DNA of 62,110 nt, counting the filler, from Sphacelaria rigidula (taxonomy: Eukaryota), in the NCBI GenBank assembly GCA_964200075.2. It is 8 parts of 8 records of this genome, joined end to end, with 100 filler letters (N's around TTAATTAATTAA, not from the genome) between each part and the next. Parts side by side here need not be neighbours in the genome. Positions count along the whole stretch, not along the records: positions 31,109 to 38,785 come from CAXNAA020013827.1; positions 38,886 to 46,560 come from CAXNAA020013828.1; positions 46,661 to 54,335 come from CAXNAA020013829.1; 5 more parts are not named here. One strand, written 5' to 3'. A model generated the notes under the pieces. It had not been told where the DNA came from. It saw only the letters and a list, made by a program, of their open reading frames with translations, and ran no database searches. This document shows positions 36,579 through 47,038 of this stretch, one piece after another (within the stretch, counting starts at the first letter, position 1; each line of letters opens with the position of its first letter). The position numbers were made by a program, and so were the translations under genes.

Positions 36579-37352
36579 GCAGCCGGTGTTAGCTTTTTTG
36601 GGACCGGTTTTCCACAAACTGTAGGAGTGATGTGATTGAGGACCTCGTTGGGCTGCACGCAGGTTCCATCTCTTATCCGGCATCGTTTTTTCAGTCGTTT
36701 TTCAGGTGCAAATGATGCCGATTCACAATCAGCCCTCACCGCAGTAGTATCTTCCACTTGGTCGGTTAGAACCTTCCCGGAATTTTACTACTTGATTTGA
36801 GTGTAAACACCGATATTCGGATCTTTAGCGGGGCTGACAGCCCCAACTGTCCCTCGCGTGCGCCGAACGCTTTTTCGTCGAAATCGGCGCCTGCGGCGTC
36901 GTTTCGAGACCTGCCCACGCCACACTTTGCCTGGGGCACGCTTTACACCCCCCTCTCGCCCGAGGGTTCTCGGTATGCCTTGGGTTGGGATTGGGGTCAG
37001 CGTTATTGAGCGTTATTTGAAAAAAAAAACATGTTTCCGAGAAATTTCGTCATCGACCAAGTGGAATAACACACCTTCCTCGCCAAAAGCCGATTATCAA
37101 ACGGTCGGAAACAATGGTTGGTTACAATTAATGAGGTGTGTCGACAACTCTAACGCCAACGCCTACGCCAACCCTAACCTTAACCCCGACCAAGGGCATG
37201 AGAGGACCCTCGGGCACGGGGAGTGCAGAGGGTATCCTAAGCAATGTGTGCATTGGCAGGCCTTCAATCGGCGCCCGCAACGCCGATTTTTGACAAAACA
37301 CACGTCCTCGGCGAGCTGCAATAGGAGCACTTGGAGACTGTCAGCCCCTTAA

Positions 37353-37907
37353 CCCTTAGACCGCGAGATTAGTCTTTCTGGCTCATGCATACTTGCTTTC
37401 ACTTGAAATTGATGCCATTTCAACAGAAGACTAACCTCGCGATCTAAGGGTAAACCCTGTGGGCACCGAACTCCGAGAAACATGGTGTTTGCGCGGAGCG
37501 GCCTTTTTGTGAATCGGCATCATTTTCTTACTTGAAAACGACTGAAAATGATCCCGACTCACCAAATGGCCCCTGCGTGCGAGCATCAATTTTTTGGCTT
37601 CCGATCCCGAAAGGGTTTAAACCCTTGGACCGCGATGCGGGGGGTACGTAGCCCATCTGGATCACGCATACTTTTTTCAAGAGCAAATTGATGCTGATAC
37701 AACAGATGATGACCTACTGTCGTGGTCAAAGGGTTTATATGACCCAACCCTTTGGGGAGCGGACATGCAGAAACATGGTGTTTGCACGCACGTGCCATTT
37801 TGTGAATCTTCATCATCTTTACTTGAAAGCGACTGAAAATAATGTCGGTTCACAAAAAGGCCTCTGCGTGTGAAAACCATTCTTCTGGGAGTCCGATCCC
37901 AGAAGGG
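37353..37907. mobile_element. Stack of four piggyBac-like MITEs (A-B-A-B) at one TTAA site
   Basis: Units 37353-37450, 37455-37615, 37622-37733 and 37748-37907 each run CCC...GGG. Outer TTAA at 37349-37352 and 37908-37911. The host repeat resumes seamlessly across the block. Confidence 0.82.
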
Positions 37908-38438
37908 TTAAAGGTCCGAATTTCGTTGTTCACACTACAACCGAGTTACAGCCATTGCTTCCGACCGGTTGGTGATCTCTGTTGCGCTTTCAAGTGAAGG
38001 TGATGTCGATTCACATTGGGTTCTCACCCCCGGATAGTTGGGCCACGCCGGTCTCAAAAGGGTACAGTAAGTAAGTACCCTGCTGAAAGCACCTTTGTCT
38101 ATTCAGTATTGCCTATACGACAGTATTACGGACAGTGGTGACCAACTTTTTTTGTAACAGCGCGTGTTTTGTTGTGAAACCGCATCCGAGGAACACAAAA
38201 AACAGGTGACGGCATTTTTTAGGGTGATGTATGGGTATACTGACGGACGTCACTTTCTAGAGTGATATATGTGTATACTGACTGACTGCTATATACCAAA
38301 TCTGTCAGCATACCGAGGTAGCGCTACCGGTTAAGGACCCGGTGCCAGTCGAACATTCGGTCCTCTCGCCCAGCATATTCAGTGCATTCGCGGTCATGAC
38401 AAGGCAGTACGGTGCAAGTCATTCTCCACCGCTCTTTG

Positions 38439-38785
38439 ATTGTTGCAAGGGTCGGACGAGAATCAGTGATTCGTCTAGAAATGGCTTGATTTTAGTGTGA
38501 TTGATTCGCACCGTACGAATCAATCAATCCCTACGGTTTGTTTCCAACGCTGCAACCCAGGTACGCGCGGCCCAGGCACGTGGAATGGCGCAAAAATTGC
38601 GTGAAAGTCTTCCCAGCGGTCAACCTTTTTCTCCCTTTCAAGCAACCACGCCTGAAAAAAAATCGTAGAGTCAGTGATTTGAACCGGCGATGAGTTGTCC
38701 GAACCGTGGATTGTTGCAAGGATCGGACAAAGATTGATTCGTCTGAAAATCACTTGGTTTTAGTATGATGAGTCGACTCGTGACG
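38439..38785. repeat. ~75-bp direct repeat pair
   Basis: GATTGTTGCAAGG.TCGGAC...GATTCGTCT..AAAT..CTTG.TTTTAGT.TGAT at about 38439 and 38709. Confidence 0.65.
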
Positions 38786-39361
38786 NNNNNNNNNNNNNNN
38801 NNNNNNNNNNNNNNNNNNNNNNNNNNNNNTTAATTAATTAANNNNNNNNNNNNNNNNNNNNNNNNNNNNNNNNNNNNNNNNNNNNAGGCTAGATGATGGC
38901 CTCAGGTGTACAAATCCCCAGGATTTTTTCGTAGACTATAAGGTGGGGTTCTGAAAACTGAGTTCTCTGGAGAAAGTCTCTGAGAAAAGTCGTCCAAAAT
39001 GACAATTCTCATGAACTTTTTTCAGTCTATAAGAAGCGGCCTAAGTACAAATTTTGCAGTTTATATTCTACCGCTTTTCGAGGTTTCATGCGTGTGCTAT
39101 TGATACTTGCTTCATCAATACAATATACGGAGTGTATTTGTGCTCTATTTACTGTATCCATCAAGCAGATCGCTGCCTTTCTCACCCCTTGTTTTTCAAA
39201 TACATCTTTCTCGTCGGGTTCTCAGGCTTGAAGATTAGCATTGAAGATTAGCATTGAAGATTAGCATTGTTTTTCCCGTTTTTGTCTTCCTATTTTCTGT
39301 TATTTCTGTTTCCGTTATTTCTATTTTTTTTTTGCTTTTTTTCTCTTGGTTTTCTCAGAGC

Positions 39362-39725
39362 TTTGTATTCGCATTCGTATTCGCATTCTTATTTGCATTC
39401 TTATTTGCATTCACATTCGTGTTCGTATTCGCATTCGTATTCGTGATCGTATTTGTAATCGCAATCATAATCGTAATCGTAGTCGTACTCGTAATCGTAA
39501 TCGTATTCGTAATTGTCATCGTTTTCATATTCATATTCATATTCGTATTCGTATCCGTATTTGCATTCTTATTCGTACTCGTATCCGTATTCGTATTCGT
39601 ATTCGTGTTCTTGTTCGTAATCGAACTCGTACTCGTATTCATATTCCTATTCTTATTCCTATTCGCGATCATATTCCTACTCGTATTCGTACTCGCACTT
39701 GTATTCGTATTAGCATCCGTATTCG
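39362..39725. repeat. Degenerate hexamer microsatellite (ATTCGT)n
   Basis: Seen directly. It explains the stop-free RIRIRI, FVFV and NTNT ORFs. Confidence 0.9.
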
Positions 39726-39832
39726 CCTTCGTGCTTGTCTTACTATTCTTGTTTCTTACAAACCCATCACTCAATCCATTGATCTCTCCCACCGTCCTCC
39801 CGACTCTATCAAAATTTTCTGTAGGCACACAG

Positions 39833-42800
39833 GTACGACAGCAAAGATAATCAAACCGCCGCTCTTGGGCGATGCTGCTAGCAAACGCGATGCCCAGGAC
39901 GCGACCGATCACGCGCCTGTAACGGAAGAGCAGAAGGAAGCGCCCAAGCCCTTGAAGCCGGGAAGGTTACGAAGGGATAAGGGTGGCGTCGATGCAGAGG
40001 TGAGTGCGTGAGATCGTGCCGGGGTTGGGTTCGTGTTCTGTGTCCCTTTTTCGTTGGTGACTGCTTTCCCTTGATTATTGGGTACGTGACGGCGCTCACT
40101 GATTGAATATGTTTCTCCGCTCCTGCCGAATGATCTCTCTACATGCCTACAAATACATGCGAAGTAGACACAACGACGACCTCGAAATCAATCAAGTGTG
40201 TGTGTGTGTGGATATATTTACATGTCACCCTTATTTTGCGCTGTACGTGTGCAACGCGCGGGAAGCGCCTTGTGCACTATTGTATAGTAGTCAGTATCAG
40301 AAGTTTCCAGAATCTGTAGTTGTTGTAGTTTTTGAGTTTTTGTCGAGTATTATTCTTCAATACTACTTGAAAGTGCTAGCACCGGTAGATATAGGGGGAA
40401 AGCGTAGGCCGCGCTAAAAAACTGCAGTGCCCAAGTTGGTGTTTTTGGGGACATACGGACTAGATACCCCGTTTATCAGCAGGGTGATATTGACCGTTTT
40501 TGGTCCATTAAAATCAGTTTTCCGGCTCTTCCGCAACGAAATGGTAAATGTTCAGATGAATGAATACGTGTAAAATTTTTCAAAATAAATATCGAGATCG
40601 TGTTTCCCTTCTACACTGCACAGACCTCAGTCCAGCATTTTCTGCGGATGGCCTCTTTTCGGGTTTTCTTCGCATGATATTTTCCATGAGCACTCGAAAG
40701 TGCTAGCGTCGATATTTTTGACAAAATGAGCAGACCGTGCTCAAATCACAATGCCCAAGTTGGTGTTGTGGGGGCGATACGGGCTAGATATCCTGTTTAT
40801 CAGGAGGGTGTTATTGACCGTGAATGGTCCGAAAAACATAGTTTTCCGGCTTTAGCGCAGTAGATAGGTGAAATGAAAAAAAAATCATTTTCAAGTCTCC
40901 ACTTGTATGATCGGGATCGAGTGGGTTCACCGAAAATAACGAACAGCTAGAACCTGGGGTTGCACTTTCGCAGGACCCCCGAAGATCGGTCAAGCCCGTG
41001 AGTGCAGATATTTTTTCTTTCAATATTTGTCAAGAGGATCAAAATATCTCCAGATGCCCATTTTGTGGCATCCAACAGTGACTGTGATGAGCAGTGGCAA
41101 GCGAAACAAAATTTGAAAGCTTTGGGGAAACTAAGAAATTACGAATTCTGCCTACTTCTGACGCTGACTACTGTAGCCGTCGCATTCCTTCATCTGTATT
41201 TTGTCTGACTATCTGGCTCCTTGCTTCTGTCTGTCTGTCTTTCTGTCTGTCTAGCTCTCTCTTTGTCTTCGTCTCCTCATGTCCCTGTCTCTGACCCTGT
41301 CGCCGTTTTCTGCTTGTCTCTGTTTCTGACTTTGTTTCAGTCTGACTTAGTCCTTGTCTCCGTCGCTCTGTTGACAATACCGACGTCCTCCCTTCCCGAC
41401 AAAACACAAACGCATCCGGAACCAAACAGGGGCCGTTGGTTATATCCGTCAAGGGCCCAACCAACTGCGTCGAGGTCGCCGCGGAAGCCCTCCGCCGGCT
41501 CGGGCGCGGGGCCTCCGTCCGCGATGCCATGGGCTACGTCAAGAAAGTTTCGCCGCACCGCCGACTAACTCAACAACGCAGGCTAGACCAGCAGAATGGT
41601 CCGAAAAGCCACAACCACACCACCACTACCAACAACAACAACAGCAACAACCAACAAACGGCTGGTAGTACAAGCGCTAACGATCAGCACTCAGGCCCCA
41701 AAGATGACAACTCCACATCACGGTCGGCACCGCCGCTACCTCCGGCGCCAAATCAGGCGGCCGCAGCAGCTAGGAGTGTTACTGGTTCTCCCGGGGTATA
41801 CGAAGAGGGGGGTGCAACGCAACGGCGCGGGGCGCCGCCCGCCAAGCGAGCCACGCGGCCGGCGGCATCGGCGCCGGCGGCGGTGGCCGCTCCTGCAGCA
41901 GCAGAGGAAGACAGGAAGAACAAGGCCGAGGCGTCGAAGCAGCAGGGGCGGGGAGGTGGGCAGGGAATGGGGGCGGATAGCGATAAGAGCGAAACAACGA
42001 GCAAAGCTCAAGGTAGGCTTGAAAGATCGATCTCGTCCTCATCCTCGTCCTATTCCTCTGGGAAATTGGCGGCATCGGCGTCGTCGTCGTCGAAGGAGGG
42101 TCCTCGCTCATCGTCCGGTCCGGGGAGGAATGGCGGCGGCCGCGGTGGCGGTGGCGTAGGAGTGCAGGGAGGAAGGCCGTCGAGGAAGGTTGGTCTCGGT
42201 GGTTCACGGGGGGGAACGGAGCGGAAACAGCCGCGGGAGCGGGCGGCGGCTCCAGTGGCCTCGGCCACAGCAGCAAGGGCTGCGGGAGGGGCAGCGCAGG
42301 GTCAACAACATCAGCAACGGTCTCACAACCAGGGAGAGGGGCAGCAGCAAGAACGACGGCCGCTGACACAGCCGAGCGAGGAAGGCAGACGGGCGCCGGC
42401 ACAATCAAACGAGCAAGGAAGACGGCCGCCGACACAGCCGAACGAGCAAGGCGGATGGCCGGCGGCACAGTCGAACGAGCAGGGCACAGCGACGACGGGG
42501 GCAGACACAGGAGGAGGGTGGGGGGGTGAAGGAGGGGGAGGGGGTGAAGGGGGGTGGGGTGGTGAAGGAGGGTGGAGTGGTGAAGGAGGATGGGGAGGTA
42601 AAGGAGAAGGGGGTGCAGGTGGAGGAGACACGTCGCGTCCTGCACCGCAAGAGTCGAAGAGAGGGGGTGTCGATGGCGGCAGCCGTGGTGGTGGTGATGC
42701 TAGTGAGGCCACTCCTAGGACTCACGTGACCCCGACCAGAGAGGTTTACAATCCCAGAAAGCGCCATCAGCAGGGCGGCGACCGCGGTGGTGGTGGTGGT

Positions 42801-42902
42801 AGGGTGGGACGCTCTGGCAGGGGAAGGGGGGGCAGGCAAGGCCGGAGTTCGGGCAGGGGAGGTGAGAAGTGCAAGGGAGTCGTCGATGGATATTTTCATT
42901 GA
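39833..42902 (+). CDS. 3' end of a gene: possible KH-domain RNA-binding protein with a long G/Q/R-rich disordered tail
   Basis: Exon ~39833-39999 (donor GAG|GTGAGT) splices in phase to the terminal exon 41430-42902. LVISVKGPTNCVEVAAEALRRL resembles the last strand and helix of a KH fold. The tail has RGG and GGEGGW repeats. The domain call is tentative. Confidence 0.6.
40370..40852. repeat. ~160-bp diverged direct repeat pair (intronic)
   Basis: AAAGTGCTAGC...TGCCCAAGTTGGTGTT...GTTTATCAG.AGGGTG.TATTGACCGT...AGTTTTCCGGCT at about 40370 and 40697. Confidence 0.7.
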
Positions 42903-42909
42903 AATTATT

Positions 42910-44198
42910 TCACACCCTGGATAATACATGTTTGTAATATATATATATATAGTAGTCGATCATATTGGAATTTTGCGATATATTGCCGGCGTAACATATA
43001 TCGGTACCCTTGGACTGCACACGTGTTGCGGGCCCAATATATATATATATATATATTATATTGATGTCGTTGGACTGCATACATATTGCCCGCCCAATAT
43101 ATATTGGTGCCGTAGGGTTGAACACATATTGCCCCATCAATATATATTGGGGCAGTGTGGGCGACGACATATTGCACGACCAATATAATATTAGGGTCGC
43201 ATTGGTGGGAACATATTGACCGGTCAATATATATATTGGGTCTGCGTGGGTGCCAATGTATTGGCCGTTCAATATATGTCGGATATGACAAGTATGCTGT
43301 ACACTTGAAGTTAGACCCAGACGCGGTGGATGCCGGAGCCCGTGCAGATTGGGAAAAGCTTCGAAGGGAGCCGCAGAAGTTCCCGTGCATTGCTACGAAG
43401 AGTTGTCGAATTCGTTTATATATCTCTATACTGGCCAGAAAATATGACAGCAGAAGAGGCGACCCGGTATATATCCATTCTGATACCTTTCTGGCGACCG
43501 GTACGGGGCCGCCCATCCCCTTCACAGCATGCAATATACCTTCGGTAAACATCACGATGACAGAAAGTCCGGTCCGATATTCGTCTTTTGATACCCCTGT
43601 GGTCACCGGTGCTGTGTTGCTTATACCCTGGGCAATACAAAATGTTCCAATATGATACCAATACTTAGTATTGGAGATAGCGCAAATATTGTCCTTTCAA
43701 TATATGTTGTGTCGAGATGTCCTCGGAAACATTGAAGCAACAACATGAATGTCTCGTGTCATGATCGTGAAGTGATGCATGACAATATATATATGTTGGA
43801 CATGCATTTACTCCGGGAACTAAACATTCAATATATATTGTGATTCAATATATGTTGTGCATGTCGGGCGTGTATGTATTGAAGTGTCAATATATATATA
43901 TATATATATATATATATTGAGTCGAAGCGATGCGCAACATATGGCTGCCATAATATATATATATATATATATTATATTGAGCACAGATCATGCGAAAGTG
44001 TCGTTTTCCCAGTATATTGTATATTGCACACGCCCATCGCATACCTATTGTGCAGTCAATATATATCGAACACGCTCGCGGAGAATACATTGAGCATTTT
44101 CGGCATGTGGTGATACCTCTTTCAATGGCACCCCCAAACATAAAACTGCCCACCATGATAATTCCAATACACTTTCCGATCTACATGTTGAATTATCA

Positions 44199-44230
<32 letters not shown>

Positions 44231-44648
44231 TGGAACACCAATATGTATTGTGACTGTCGGTTCCCTCGTGTATTGGCCGCCCAATGTATATTGGACGCTT
44301 CGACGCACGACATATTGAGGCGGCAATCTATGTTGGCGCTTCGGGTGTCGAGTATATTGAATTGTCAATATATATTGATCTCGTGTGGCAGCCAGTATAT
44401 TGCTAGATATTGGCGCCTTACCGCACCAACATATTACTCGCCCAATATATACTGGGATAACGCGTGCCGTGATATATTGTTCGGTCGATATGTATGCCAT
44501 GTCGCGAGCCTTGGCATCTTGATGCCACAATCTATGTTGACCTGTCTCTCGTGCGACCATATTACTCGCCCAAAATATATTGACGACCCGACGCGTCAGC
44601 ATATGGAGCGGGCAGTATATATTACATATTGTGTTGTCCAGGGTGTGC
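42910..44648. mobile_element. Non-autonomous TIR element (ATT TSD) filled with a 43-bp repeat-spacer array
   Basis: ATT|TCACACCCTGGATAATACA...TGTGTTGTCCAGGGTGTGC|ATT. Internal units are CATATTG-N6-CAATATATATTG-N17/18, e.g. starting at 43082, 43125, 43168, 43212 and through 44270-44625. Confidence 0.85.
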
Positions 44649-45209
44649 ATTCCTATCAGCATTGTGATTATTTGCATTTTAGCATCAATACGTCAATGCT
44701 TGGCATTAGCATGAGCGTTAACATCAGCGATGATACTAGCAGTAGCACTAGCTCGCACTATCACTACCGAGCACCCTGCCAAGTCTCGTTTAATTTATTT
44801 TCTGTTTTCACTCGTATATTCACTTTTCCTCCCAAGACTCCAGCCAAATGCGTCCCGGAAACAGAAGACATGTGCCGGGGGAATAGAAATCTTAACGTTC
44901 CGTCGTGACCGGCTATAGACGTACCACTTGGACCACCAGGGCGCAGCCGCGCAGTACATGAAGAGTCACGTTTTATGGGTTCTGTCGTTCCAAACGTTAG
45001 AGGGAAGGTCTTGGGAGCAAGACATTATTCGACAGGAAACTAACACGATGAAGTCCAACAGAGTGTGTGCTCATCGAGATCTCGATAGTGACGATATATT
45101 TCAGGCAGGTATTGATTGTTCTGACACAGAGATGGGTTGATCCTTGTGGGGTATGTGTAACATAGTCTTGTCTCGACTGGGGGGGCTAGGATGTGTGTGT
45201 TCGTGTGTG

Positions 45210-45805
45210 TGTGCTCACGATCATGCATGCCATAGTCATATAACCATTGATCTTGCATCCCTACAAAGCCGGGACGGAGCACGCAATTAATCCCCAGGAC
45301 CAGGCTCGCAATCAATCACCATATGCGAAGCGCCGTGATGTGTTCGGTGAGTCGCATGAAGGGTGAGCTGCATCCTGCTAAGATTGTTCGGCCCGAAGCG
45401 TACTAATTATCTTGAATATGGATGACATCCTCCAATGAGCTCTCTCATTTTCTGTTATTGCTCCTTCCAGAGACAGCCACGGCTTACACTCTGCACCATC
45501 GGTTTCTCACCATCTAAACACTGCGTAGTATGATTATTCCCTTTCCGCGGAGTTGAGGTTCTCCCACCCCCCACAAAATGATCTAGCTCGACCACCATCA
45601 TGGTTACCGCAAAAAAAAACGCACGCGCGCAAAAACAATCGGTAACCTCTTTGCCTTGCTTACGCAGAGAGTGGCGTGTTTTAGGGTGCTCTTGCCAACC
45701 GACGCCAATGGTATCCGTTCCTACACAGCCGAGACGGAGCACGCCGAGTCTGGGGTGTACTCATGATCATGCATGCCATAGTCATAAGACCATTGACCTC
45801 GCAGT
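45210..45805 (+). mobile_element. Most complete copy of the G-run-associated repeat, with internal direct repeats (A-B-core-B-A)
   Basis: CCTACA.AGCCG.GACGGAGCACGC at 45260 and 45720. GATCATGCATGCCATAGTCATA..ACCATTGA at about 45219 and 45765. G-runs lie on both flanks. Confidence 0.75.
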
Positions 45806-46485
45806 CTGGGGGGGGGAGGGAATGAAAATGTCGTCCCTTTGTCGATAATTTGGTCAATGACGAGTACAACATCAGGGTTACCGTTCAAGGTGTTGTGCGA
45901 TATTTACCTCGGTACTGTAGTATGTGTCTTGATATTGTAGGATATTATATTTGGATAGTATGTTTTCGATAGATGATTTCTAGATGTATCCTGTTGCTGT
46001 ATTCTGTTCTGAATATCTCTGATCCGAGAGTTGAAACGTCTCAGATACGGATAGATTTCTAATGAACAAACATCGGATAGGCCGGGTGGTGCTGTCTACC
46101 TAGGTTGACTTCCTTTCGTTTCCCAGCATCATCTTCTTGTTCCTTCACCGAGCACGCGCTGTCAATCAAGGGCAGACACCTATCATTGAATACCCCCCCC
46201 CTCCCCCCCCCCCAAAAAAGAAAAAAAAAATATGTGTTTGAATAAAATCATAATGAGAATAAAACAAGAATAAAAGAAAAATGAAAAGAAAATGAAGAGA
46301 AAATAAAACGAAGAAACTAAAAGTGGATGAAATAAAATGGAATGATATTTTAAAAAATATAACAAAGGCCGGAGGAATCTGTTTGCTGCTCCCAGCTCTG
46401 GGAGCGAGTGCCCAAGATACGGTCGTTGGTATTGAACGCCCTCTCCTTTTCTTTCGTTCTTTTCAGTTTGGTCTGCTCGTGGTTT

Positions 46486-46559
<74 letters not shown>

Positions 46560-47038
46560 GNNNNNNNNNNNNNNNNNNNNNNNNNNNNNNNNNNNNNNNN
46601 NNNNTTAATTAATTAANNNNNNNNNNNNNNNNNNNNNNNNNNNNNNNNNNNNNNNNNNNNCCCGGCTTTGTGGGGATGCGAGGTCAATGGTCCTATGACT
46701 ATGGCATGCATGATCATGAGTACACCCACACACGGGTTTATGGCGTCATGACTAGCTTGTGCTTCGCCCGCGTCAGAGAATATGATGCTTTCGAAAAGCA
46801 AAACCGTATGCATCGTCCGTCGGCACTTTCACCCACATTACCCCAGCAGCGTGACATCGGCTTCATGCAGCTCGTGTAGGGTGTAGCCCAGCGCGCTACT
46901 CGGATGCTTTTTTTGAGTCGACGCTGTGGTGTACTAGGCATGGTTGAACACGTTGCACAGGAAGCGTAGCGCCAAGCCCGATGTGTACCTTATTGCTGGC
47001 GAACCATTTCGCCGGAAACGTTTTGCGTACGTCATCAG

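Noticed and set aside
37165-37190. Telomere-like CCCTAA motifs
   Set aside because: Only 2-3 degenerate units inside a dispersed repeat family; not a telomeric array.
39254-40011. Three overlapping long ORFs (FVFVF membrane-like, RIRIRI, NTNTN)
   Set aside because: By-products of a stop-free (ATTCGT)n microsatellite. Only 39833-39999 looks like a real exon.
42960-44625. Calling the array a true CRISPR
   Set aside because: Eukaryotic context, no cas genes, a degenerate repeat split by a variable N6, spacers of only 17-18 nt, and the array is bounded by transposon TIRs/TSD. Kept as an unclassified array instead.
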